A program made the position numbers and the translations under genes. A DNA stretch of 62,815 nt, counting the filler, from Ichthyosporea sp. XGB-2017a (Eukaryota): the NCBI GenBank assembly GCA_002811675.1. It is 6 parts of one record of this genome, joined end to end, with 100 filler letters (N's around TTAATTAATTAA, not from the genome) between each part and the next. Parts side by side here need not be neighbours in the genome. Positions count along the whole stretch, not along the records: positions 1 to 7,792 come from PDIM01010317.1; positions 7,893 to 15,281 come from PDIM01010317.1; 4 more parts are not named here. One strand, given 5' to 3'. The notes below the pieces were generated by a model. The model was not told the DNA's origin and made no database searches. It saw nothing but the letters and a program-made list of their open reading frames with translations. Shown piece by piece: positions 1-10,800 of this stretch (positions are counted from its first letter, which is position 1; each line of letters opens with the position of its first letter).

Positions 1-336
1 GTATTGAATGGCATCATTGTAAGAACAAAAAAAAAAAGAGTAAGAAAAGAGAAATAAAAAAAGAAAGAAAAACACCTTGAAAATTTTAAATTGAAAACAA
101 CAATAACACCAAAGTGAAGAATTCCCCAAAGGGAATATGATAAACGAAACAAAAGAAAACTGAAAAAGGCTTTTTTATTTTTTATAATTTTTTTGTATGG
201 AAGTTTTGTATGGGGCAATGTGCTTGCACATGTGATCGTGCGAGTTAATATGTAATGGCATAACCCTAACTGGGTGAATTATTATGTATGGAAAATCCCA
301 TACAATGGAGGAGCAGGAGCGGGCCCCTTTTTTTCC

Positions 337-413
337 TATAAAAGAATGGATTTTTGATTTTTTGATTTTTTCGGTTTTTTTTTTCTTCTTTTTCCTCTTC
401 CTCTTTTCTCTTT
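337..413 (+). promoter_or_regulatory. Putative RPL32 core promoter: TATA box followed by a polypyrimidine (TCT/5'TOP-like) tract
   Basis: TATAAAAG at 337-344, then a C/T-only tract at ~376-413, upstream of a candidate splice donor AAG|GTAAAA at 474. This layout is typical of ribosomal protein genes. Confidence 0.5.
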
Positions 414-473
414 GAAATTAAATTTTCTCAATTTTGTAGATTTTTTTGTTTTATTTAGAATTTAAATTCAAAG

Positions 474-1309
474 GTAAAATTTTAGTTTTGTTCTTTATGT
501 GTATTTGTTTGGTTGATGGTATTTGGGGTCGTGGATGATGGGCATGGGTGGATGGATGGATGGATGGATGCACGGATGATGCGGGGAACGATGAAGAATG
601 AGCGTCGCAGGGGGAATTAATTAAGCAAAGAGGGCGATAACATTGTGCGGCGAAAATGTATAATTACGAAGCAGAAAAGAAACAGGGGGTCAGGGGGTGA
701 GGGCTTTGCTCTTAGATTTGTGTGGAACTCGTTGATTCTGTGTGTTGGGGTAGTCAATCATGAATATTTGTTTCTTTGGGCGAGGATGAAATGTAATCAG
801 AAAACGGCATGCCCCTTTTCTTTATTTTTCGCTTGTTGACGTTGAATTCATGTAGACAAAAAGAAGTGGTGTGATAAGCTAATTGAGTATGGTTCCATGA
901 TGCAACACAATGAGATTTCTTTGCACTTGGAAGGCCGAAAAGAAAGGGAGGCGTACAAAGAAGAGAAAGTTTGGGCAATCATTGGTACTATTTGTGTTGT
1001 AGTGTGACAAGAGCAGTGGCCAGTGTTGGTGCAGGACGGGGAAGGAGAATATGAAATGGAGATGTATGTAGATGTCTACGTAGTAGATAATTACAGATCG
1101 TTACCACTAAGAAAGAGAATAAGTTGGCCGAGAAAAATATGGAAATGAATTGAAAGAGAATGATACATGGGTGGTGTTGTGTATTGTAGATGGATTGTTC
1201 GCAATGGTGTTGTTGGGGGAACATAATGAGATTGTTGAATAAGAATATCTATGTAATAAGACTTGAAATTAACTTTTTTGCGTTTGGTTTTTTTTTTTGC
1301 CTGCAACAG
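474..1309 (+). other. Putative long 5'UTR intron of RPL32
   Basis: Strong acceptor TTTTTTTTTGCCTGCAACAG directly before the ATG at 1310. The donor at 474 is inferred, and extra non-coding exons are possible. Confidence 0.5.
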
Positions 1310-1711
1310 ATGGTGTGCCCAGTCAAGAAGGTTAACATTGTAAAGAAGCGCACGAAGAAGTTCAAGCGCCACCAGAGTGACCGATACAACTGTGTCGATC
1401 AAAGCTGGAGAAAGCCCAAGGGTATTGATAGCAGAGTCCGTCGTAGATTCGATGGTCAGTACTTGATGCCCAGCATTGGTTACGGTTCCAACAAACGTAC
1501 CAGACATATGCTGAGAGATGGATTCCGCAAGTTCCTCGTCAAGACCCCCAAGGATCTTGAGATTCTTATGATGCACAACCGTAGCTACTGCGCCGAGATT
1601 GCCCACAACGTGAGCACCAAAAACAGAAAGCAGATTGTCGAACGTGCCCGTGCTTTGAACGTAAAGGTGACCAACGGAGACGCCAGATTGAGAAGCGAGG
1701 ATAACGAATAA
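1310..1711 (+). CDS. RPL32: 60S ribosomal protein eL32 (133 aa)
   Basis: [17 protein letters not shown]...[15 protein letters not shown]...[10 protein letters not shown]...[10 protein letters not shown]. The true start is 1310; the upstream part of ORF 1190 is intronic. Confidence 0.97.
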   Translation: MVCPVKKVNIVKKRTKKFKRHQSDRYNCVDQSWRKPKGIDSRVRRRFDGQYLMPSIGYGSNKRTRHMLRDGFRKFLVKTPKDLEILMMHNRSYCAEIAHNVSTKNRKQIVERARALNVKVTNGDARLRSEDNE

Positions 1712-2330
1712 TTGGTTTTATATTTGGAACGCTAAATACTAACTAACATCATTATTCGCTTTGACTCCAATGTCGATTTGAAATAAATAAACAAGAATCA
1801 TTAAAAAAAAAGAAAAGGAACAAAGGAAAGTTGCAATTGATCAAAAGCAAAAGCAACCTATTTGCATCTCTGTTTAAGAACTTTTAACTTTATATTACGA
1901 ATTTTTTGCAGTCGGTTCCTTCTCAAAATTTATAACCAATTACACGTAATGAAAGAAAAGAAAAGATAACCCCTTTAAATGAACAACGCAAAGCAAAAAC
2001 CAAAATCTGTATCCCACTTGCATAGTAAAATGTGACTTGTGAATCTTCTTCTCCTAACTCGTGTGTACAAAAGGGATTTCGAATCAGCTCAGCTTCAGAC
2101 TATAGAAGGGGAGAAAGAATCAGCTGTTTGGTTTCCACTTCTTACTATCCTTTCTTCAATATTTTCTTTTCTTTTTAACAAGACGCTTTTTTGATTTTCA
2201 TTTCACGAAAGGCAGACAAAAGGAGATTTATACATTTTCTGGATTTCTTTTTAACAATTTGTAGTAACGCTTTCTTTCTTTTTTTTTTTACTTTTTTTTT
2301 TTCTTTTAAGACAGACTTCACCATGATTTC

Positions 2331-2895
2331 TTACTGGTCGTCTTCCACCTCGGCACCTTTTTGTCTCAACTTTTCCTTTACTCGCTTCTTATAACTACAG
2401 GGAACAGGCAAAGCACATCACACAAAAAAGACAGGATCAGATATGAAATTCCTCATAACTCCCAAAGTTAAACTAAGGCGTTTCCCATGACACACAGCGA
2501 AAGAGCACCACTCCTCTCCCCCATCCCCTCTTTCATTCACAGTCCCATCCAAACAAAGAGCCTTCCTTTCTTACCTCTCGTACTGGCAGGTCTCATACTC
2601 GTGCAACTCGTGATGGCACTTCCCTGGCAGAAAGTAGTTCTCCTTCCGGCATTCGTTAAGAGGAATAAGCAAATGTGCGCACAAATCCCTAAAAGCGAGA
2701 GGAATCTTCGCTTCTCGAAGCTCCTCTGCTGTTACTTTCATATCTGGAAATAAAAGGAACAATCCCCCGCAAATGACAAAAAAAAGGAAAAGGTGGTGCG
2801 GTAGATTAATACCCAAAGTCACAATAATCCCTCAAACACGCAACTGATTCCTTGTTCTGCTATATCCACTACTCACCACTGGCAGACTCAGGCAT
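2331..2895 (-). CDS. NDUFB7: Complex I subunit NDUFB7/B18, 3 exons (2877-2895, 2575-2743, 2331-2394), 83 aa
   Basis: Spliced product MPESASDMKVTAEELREAKIPLAFRDLCAHLLIPLNECRKENYFLPGKCHHELHEYETCQYESYKKRVKEKLRQKGAEVEDDQ. It has twin CX9C motifs, and the GTGAGT and GTAAG donors and AG acceptors keep the frame. Confidence 0.92.
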
Positions 2896-3653
2896 TGTTT
2901 TTCTTCTTCAGAATCTAACAACAAATAAAGGACAAAAACAAAACAGAAGGTTTAAACGATTNNNNNNNNNNNNNNNNNNNNNNNNNNNNNNNNNNNNNNN
3001 NNNNNNNNNNNNNNNNNNNNNNNNNNNNNNNNNNNNNNNNNNNNNNNNNNNNNNNNNNNNNNNNNNNNNNNNNNNNNNNNNNNNNNNNNNNNNNNNNNNN
3101 NNNNNNNNNNNNNNNNNNNNNNNNNNNNNNNNNNNNNNNNNNNNNNNNNNNNNNNNNNNNNNNNNNNNNNNNNNNNNNNNNNNNNNNNNNNNNNNNNNNN
3201 NNNNNNNNNNNNNNNNNNNNNNNNNNNNNNNNNNNNNNNNNNNNNNNNNNNNNNNNNNNNNNNNNNNNNTGTTTTTTGTTTTTCTTTTAAAAATTTCTTT
3301 GCTTCCTTCCTTCCTTCCTTCCTTCCTTCCTTCCTTCCTTCCACGTTTTGCTGTAGGAGTTATATGGCAGCTTGATGGAATACTACAGACTTGTGCGAGT
3401 TGGTATTAAATAATCCCCAAAAAATATTTTTCATTTTATTCAAACAAACAATAATAAATAGCGAAAGAATAAAACTCTAACAGTCAATGCTTTTTCGTTT
3501 TTCTTCTTTAGTGTCTTTTTTTTTTTTGCCTTTCATACACTTTCACCCTTGTGCTGCAATTCATTTCCCCTTTTCTTTCACGTCTTCTTTTCAAGAAAAA
3601 TGACATTCCACAGAGGAGGTAATGACACCTACTTTCTCATGCTTTTGCGCTCG

Positions 3654-5077
3654 CTACCACTTGTCCTTGTTGCGTCCGTGGATATTTTCAAAGTGGCAAA
3701 ACATCAAGGAGTAGTTGGTAAACTCAAAGTAATGCTTGTCACGACGAGTATAGTCCTCGTATGAATCCGAGGCGGACTTGAGAGGGTTTGCGGCAGGGGA
3801 GTCCTGATTCGCAAAAAGCGTGAGGGTGAATTTACCCGGACTGAACAGCCCCAAAACGTATTCAATCAGCTGGTGATAGTTCTCGCGTGGAACATTTGTT
3901 TCAAAACTGACATACGAACATGCGGGTTGCGGAGTAATGTGAATGGTAAAGTAATGCGCTCCATCAACCATGCCATTCACAGAGTACCCACAAGGATCAA
4001 AGCTCACCTCATCGGTCACCGCGTTGGGAAAAATACCAGCAATCCCTGAATTAATTGTCACCTGCTTGGCAGTGGGATTGCACACATCGTCTTTGTAGAA
4101 GTGGGCCATTTTTTCCCGAGGGAGATCAGACATGAGTATCTCCAGAGTCTGGTCGGGCTGCCCTTTCTGGTTCTGTCTCATCAACGACGAGGAAGAGGAA
4201 GAAGAGTCGGCACGGGAGAGAGTAGAGTGTTGGTTTTCTCCTGCTAATGTGTACAAGTGCCAGCAGTCTCCGTTCAGCCTTCCAAGTGTGTATGCAGCTC
4301 CGTTCTGAATAATAACCCACACAAACGAAATCAATATATAGTAAATACTCTGCTTTTACAGGGCAAAAAGCCATCGTATACAAACACATTTAAAATACTC
4401 ACCTTAAACATGTTATCCAGGAACTGAACCTCACTGTCAAAACTAAAGTGGGGAAACTTTTGCTCCCCAGGTGACATGAAATTCTTACGGGAATAGAAAA
4501 TATCCACAATTTCATCCATCCCACAAAGCTCCTTTGCAAGATTCTGGAGGTATGGCACCGCTGGGAGGAGCGTAGTGGTTCCACACGTTTTCAGAATAAA
4601 TCGAGTTTCCCAAACAAACAGAGATGACTCTGAAAGTACGTACGAATCAAAGTAGTCATTGGAGCGGCTCCCAACAATTTCGCACTTCACCAAATCCAAC
4701 AGCTTGACAATCTCCTCCCGGGGAATACTTCGAAGCCCCCTCCTCTTCTTTCCCTCTCCCTTTCCCATACTATCACCAGTAGTATTATCCCCAGAGTGTT
4801 TATGAACATGAGCTATGTGAACCTGATTGGCAGTAGTATTATTCGTAGTTGTAGTAGTTGTAGTAGTCGTAATTACAGTATTATCACCATTGATTTCCTC
4901 ATCTTCTTTGCCCCCTTGTTCATGCTCCTTTGTGGGCGAAGGGGCAGCAAACCAGAGCTCTAGAAGCTTCTCTGCCCCCTCGAAAAATTCTACTTCAGGC
5001 AGAACTGAGGAAGCCCTGTGAACGCACCCAGGATGGTGCTGCTGTTCCGCATCCGTGTCTCGTCTTCCCACTCCCAT
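3654..5077 (-). CDS. AMD1: S-adenosylmethionine decarboxylase proenzyme, copy 1; exons 4403-5077 and 3654-4304 (441 aa)
   Basis: FFEGAEKLLELWF, self-cleavage motif YVLSE|SSLFV, ILKTCGTT, FDPCGYSVN, YFTIHITPQ..SYVSFETN. Phase-0 GTGAGT...TTCAG intron at 4305-4402. Confidence 0.95.
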
Positions 5078-5885
5078 CTTTCTATGATGCCTTCTCTCTA
5101 TCCCTCTCTCTTGTATTTCCGCAAATTTCTTGTCTGTCTGTCTGTTTGCGTAATCAAAATTATGCTTCTTCTCGTTCGAAACACTCACCAGCCACCAAAA
5201 AAGACACCCTTTTTCAACAACAAAAAAAAACAAAACAAAGCACACTATTGGCCTTCCTTTACACCCCCCCCCTTTTTCTCAACCCTCTCTCTCTCTCTGT
5301 CTCTGTCCCTCTTCCAGCGATTTATCCCAATCAACTAATTCCTTCCCTGTTTCCTTTGCAACAAACAAAAAAAAATAAAAAACAGGTTTAAAAGGGAGCT
5401 GCTGAGCAAGAGGGGGGGGGGAGAGGCCATAACATTATTAATAAAGCAATAATAACCCATTTCTATAGCCATTCCCATACAAACCACTTCAAACCATGTG
5501 TGTCTACTCCCCGCTGCTAATAATTTCAAATCAAAGGAAAACTTGCTGCTTAATATCACGTGTATNNNNNNNNNNNNNNNNNNNNNNNNNNNNNNNNNNN
5601 NNNNNNNNNNNNNNNNNNNNNNNNNNNNNNNNNNNNNNNNNNNNNNNNNNNNNNNNNNNNNNNNNNNNNNNNNNNNNNNNNNNNNNNNNNNNNNNNNNNN
5701 NNNNNNNNNNNNNNNNNNNNNNNNNNNNNNNNNNNNNNNNNNNNNNNNNNNNNNNNNNNNNNNNNNNNNNNNNNNNNNNNNNNNNNNNNNNNNNNNNNNN
5801 NNNNNNNNNNNNNNNNNNNNNNNNNNNNNNNNNNNNNNNNNNNNNNNNNNNNNNNNNNNNNNNNNNNNNNNNNNNNNNNNNNNNN

Positions 5886-7792
5886 TTGTTTTTCTTTTAA
5901 AAATTTCTTTGCTTCCTTCCTTCCTTCCTTCCTTCCTTCCTTCCTTCCTTCCACGTTTTGCTGTAGGAGTTATATGGCAGCTTGATGGAATACTACAGAC
6001 TTGTGCGAGTTGGTATTAAATAATCCCCAAAAAATATTTTTCATTTTATTCAAACAAACAATAATAAATAGCGAAAGAATAAAACTCTAACAGTCAATGC
6101 TTTTTCGTTTTTCTTCTTTAGTGTCTTTTTTTTTTTTGCCTTTCATACACTTTCACCCTTGTGCTGCAATTCATTTCCCCTTTTCTTTCACGTCTTCTTT
6201 TCAAGAAAAATGACATTCCACAGAGGAGGTAATGACACCTACTTTCTCATGCTTTTGCGCTCGCTACCACTTGTCCTTGTTGCGTCCGTGGATATTTTCA
6301 AAGTGGCAAAACATCAAGGAGTAGTTGGTAAACTCAAAGTAATGCTTGTCACGACGAGTATAGTCCTCGTATGAATCCGAGGCGGACTTGAGAGGGTTTG
6401 CGGCAGGGGAGTCCTGATTCGCAAAAAGCGTGAGGGTGAATTTACCCGGACTGAACAGCCCCAAAACGTATTCAATCAGCTGGTGATAGTTCTCGCGTGG
6501 AACATTTGTTTCAAAACTGACATACGAACATGCGGGTTGCGGAGTAATGTGAATGGTAAAGTAATGCGCTCCATCAACCATGCCATTCACAGAGTACCCA
6601 CAAGGATCAAAGCTCACCTCATCGGTCACCGCGTTGGGAAAAATACCAGCAATCCCTGAATTAATTGTCACCTGCTTGGCAGTGGGATTGCACACATCGT
6701 CTTTGTAGAAGTGGGCCATTTTTTCCCGAGGGAGATCAGACATGAGTATCTCCAGAGTCTGGTCGGGCTGCCCTTTCTGGTTCTGTCTCATCAACGACGA
6801 GGAAGAGGAAGAAGAGTCGGCACGGGAGAGAGTAGAGTGTTGGTTTTCTCCTGCTAATGTGTACAAGTGCCAGCAGTCTCCGTTCAGCCTTCCAAGTGTG
6901 TATGCAGCTCCGTTCTGAATAATAACCCACACAAACGAAATCAATATATAGTAAATACTCTGCTTTTACAGGGCAAAAAGCCATCGTATACAAACACATT
7001 TAAAATACTCACCTTAAACATGTTATCCAGGAACTGAACCTCACTGTCAAAACTAAAGTGGGGAAACTTTTGCTCCCCAGGTGACATGAAATTCTTACGG
7101 GAATAGAAAATATCCACAATTTCATCCATCCCACAAAGCTCCTTTGCAAGATTCTGGAGGTATGGCACCGCTGGGAGGAGCGTAGTGGTTCCACACGTTT
7201 TCAGAATAAATCGAGTTTCCCAAACAAACAGAGATGACTCTGAAAGTACGTACGAATCAAAGTAGTCATTGGAGCGGCTCCCAACAATTTCGCACTTCAC
7301 CAAATCCAACAGCTTGACAATCTCCTCCCGGGGAATACTTCGAAGCCCCCTCCTCTTCTTTCCCTCTCCCTTTCCCATACTATCACCAGTAGTATTATCC
7401 CCAGAGTGTTTATGAACATGAGCTATGTGAACCTGATTGGCAGTAGTATTATTCGTAGTTGTAGTAGTTGTAGTAGTCGTAATTACAGTATTATCACCAT
7501 TGATTTCCTCATCTTCTTTGCCCCCTTGTTCATGCTCCTTTGTGGGCGAAGGGGCAGCAAACCAGAGCTCTAGAAGCTTCTCTGCCCCCTCGAAAAATTC
7601 TACTTCAGGCAGAACTGAGGAAGCCCTGTGAACGCACCCAGGATGGTGCTGCTGTTCCGCATCCGTGTCTCGTCTTCCCACTCCCATCTTTCTATGATGC
7701 CTTCTCTCTATCCCTCTCTCTTGTATTTCCGCAAATTTCTTGTCTGTCTGTCTGTTTGCGTAATCAAAATTATGCTTCTTCTCGTTCGAAAC
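5886..7792. repeat. 1.9-kb direct duplicate of 3276-5182
   Basis: No differences seen by eye, including the intron, 3'UTR and (TTCC)n microsatellite. Both copies start right after N gaps. Confidence 0.95.
6264..7687 (-). CDS. AMD1: S-adenosylmethionine decarboxylase, copy 2; exons 7013-7687 and 6264-6914 (probably a duplicated assembly)
   Basis: Same sequence as copy 1 at a constant offset of +2610. Confidence 0.8.
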
Positions 7793-7892
7793 NNNNNNNN
7801 NNNNNNNNNNNNNNNNNNNNNNNNNNNNNNNNNNNNTTAATTAATTAANNNNNNNNNNNNNNNNNNNNNNNNNNNNNNNNNNNNNNNNNNNN
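7793..7892. other. Artificial contig-joining spacer (also 15282-15381, 21619-21718, 38251-38350, 44928-45027)
   Basis: Each is exactly 44 N + TTAATTAATTAA (stops in all six frames) + 44 N. Confidence 0.97.
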
Positions 7893-10800
7893 AATTTTCC
7901 TAAAGTGGGTCGTGTCAAGGTGCGCAAACTTTTGGCAGAGGGCGGTTTCGCGTATGTGTTTCTTGCTGAGGATATGGGCAATCGGCAGAAATATGCACTG
8001 AAGAGGTTGATTGTGGCAGATCGTGATACACAGAAGAAGACGGACTTGGAGATTCGGCTTATGCAGTCCTTGGCGAGAACCTGCCCTACTATTGTATCGT
8101 TGATTGACGTTGTCCAAATATCGGCAAGACAATCAGGGCACAGCAATGGGGAAGCGCTGCTTCTAATGGAGTTTTGCTCAGGCGGAACTTTAGTGGATGT
8201 GATGAACCAAGTAGGCTTTGATAAAAAATTCTCACCGGCACAAATTGCAAAGATCTTTACCGAGGTGGCACGGGCGATGGTACAGCTTCACAACAATGAT
8301 CCGCCAGTTATTCATCGAGATTTGAAGATTGAAAATCTCCTTGTGGCTAATGACGGTACTGTGAAATTGTGTGATTTTGGGAGTGCGACTCTGGATGTAA
8401 TGAATCCCAAAAGCACCAGGGAAATTGCTATGGCCGAAGACGAGATTCAGTTGAACACCACTGCCCAGTACCGGGCACCGGAAATGGTGGACTTTTACAG
8501 TTACATTCCTGTCACCGAAAAGTCTGATATTTGGGCGTTGGGAGTGCTGCTGTATAAACTGTGCTATTTTGTCACCCCATTTGAAGATGGAAGCAAGAAT
8601 GCAATTGCTAATGCCAATTTCCGCTTCCCCAACCCGGAGCGTAGTCCAGGAGCCGAGAAGTATACTGTGTTTAGTGATCTTATTCGAGTTCTCCTGACTA
8701 AAGATCCACGGGACAGGCCCTCTGCAACAGAAGTTTTGGATGAGATTGAAAAGTTGGGGGAGCGAATTGGGGAAAGGCCAGAGCCGCTTATTCGCGTTCG
8801 TCAACCTGCCCCTTCACACTCCGCGCACAACAGTTCTGATTCGGGCTACCCAGGTGGAAGTATGTATCAGCAAGGGGATGCATCTTCTCAGTCGAGACAG
8901 TCGGGACGTAGAAAATCCGCAAATAGTATTCGAGATGTGACCGAAAAATCCAAATCCTTTTTTAGATCTGTTGTGGCCGGGAGTACCAACAAAGTTGCGG
9001 GGGACTTAGATTTGAGTGTTATTTTGCCCCGCCTTATTGCGATGTCTTTCCCAGGTGAGGGAATGGAGGCAACCTATCGGAACGATATCAACGCGGTGAA
9101 AGCTTTTCTAGATGGTGAGTACGGCGCCGGGAGCTATATGGTGTTTAATCTAACTAAGCGTGTGTATGATCGCTCGTTATTTAGTAATAATGTTGTGGAC
9201 CTGAGCTGGCCGGAAAATGAGCCTCCTTCTCTCGATTCGCTTTACTTGGCCTGCCAGTCTATTCACGAATTTTTGATTAGTAACGATAGACATGTTGTGG
9301 CTGTTCACTGTATGTCTGGAAAGGTAGCTACAGCAACTCTTATAGCTGCTTATATGACATATTGTGGTCATTCATCCACAAATGCGGCGTTTAAACTGTT
9401 TTGTGATCACAGGTTTTCAAAAAGCAGTGGAGCCCGATCAATAACCCCGTCACAGTTTCGCTATGTCAACTACATCAGTGGGATGGTGAATCGTAAATTG
9501 ACATGGCACCCAATGGGGGTAAAGTTCAATTCGCTCACACTTCATGGCTGCCCGATGGTGGATGTGATGAAAGCGGGATGTCGACCTTTTGTTGTTTTTA
9601 GCAAGCATGGGAAAACATTATACTCATCCGCCCCTCCAAACAACCCTGATATGATTAAATCATTTAAGGCAGATGTGGATTCGGTAGTACAGGTACCGTT
9701 GACCAATGCAATGGTTTATGGTGATGTCTGCATTACTGTATACCATGCTCATGTTTTGTTTGGTAAACTTAAGGCGTCCGTTATGTTTCGCATATATTTA
9801 AACACAGGATGCCTTATTGGCAAACCGGGTGGGCGACCTGGAGTTGTTAAATTTCCCGTTTCGGCGCTCGATGGAGTATCTTTGAAGCCAAATAGTGGAT
9901 ATCCACAAAATTTTATGTGTGAAATATCGTACGATATTTCGTCTAAAGATTGTGGTGGGACTTATGGTTTCCCTTGGGATGACACCTCGAAAATACCAGA
10001 TGTTGGTGACCCAAAAGTCAATTCCATCTGTTATTTTTCTGATTCCGAGGAGTATAGAGAGCGCGTAAGAGCCAGCAGAACACAGCCGCCAGTTTTTAGC
10101 CGAGATAATGCGCCAAGACCTCCGGCTTCTGGTTTTGCGTCGGTTCCGAAAAGCCCCTCTGTTGAGAACATTTCACGACCTGGTCTTAATGAGGATGGAA
10201 ATAAGAAGCAGCAAAGACCGGCCTCTGGTGGCAGTAGTGGGAAACCCGTACGAGCTGCTGACCTATTTGACTGGCATGGCGGAGGAAGCACTGGACCTAG
10301 TGAGACGTCTGGAGGTGCTTCGCAAAAGAATTCTGCCCCAGCCCCGAAACCGAATCTACCTAACCGGAACACAAGTGGTGCTGGGTCACCTCTAATTGAT
10401 GTCTTTGCTGATGCGAATACGAATGAATCGTCCCAAGGATCGCTATCTGGAAGAAATAGTCCTCTTCTTGGTAAGCAAACTGCAGATGCCTCATCAAATG
10501 ATCCTTTTGGACTTTTTTCGGGTAGTGGAAGTAGTGATATGAAAACGAATACTGGCGGTACAGTTTCTAGAGATTCACCAATTGATGTCTTTTCTGCAGA
10601 CTTTAATTCACCACCTGTTGTCGTGGGGAATAGTGGCCCTAGCTCAAACGCCAATATCGATGATATTTTGTCCAGTGATTTGGATAGTAAAATGGGAATG
10701 GGTGAGGGAAGTGGTGCGCAAACGGATTTTTTTGCTGCGGAGCCTTTGATGCCCACTAGCACCAAGACTTCTGCAAACCAAAAAGGATCGTCATATAAAC

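Noticed and set aside
261..270. TAACCCTAAC telomere-like sequence
   Set aside because: Less than two units; at most a telo-box-like promoter element, not a telomere.
3588..3645. SECIS-like element (ATGA...TGA) in the AdoMetDC 3'UTR
   Set aside because: The quartet register and apical AA do not fit, and the CDS has no in-frame TGA.
2852..6019. Track ORFs containing X runs (also 40867-41740 and others)
   Set aside because: They are open only because N gaps hide stop codons.
3654..7687. Active enzyme plus inactive 'prozyme' AdoMetDC pair as in trypanosomes
   Set aside because: The copies look identical and both retain the E|S cleavage site and the TCG cysteine.
7837..7848. TTAATTAATTAA palindromes recurring five times
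   Set aside because: Always centred in exactly 88 N; a synthetic all-frame-stop linker, not a biological site. The AATTAATTAA at ~615 has no Ns and is treated as chance.
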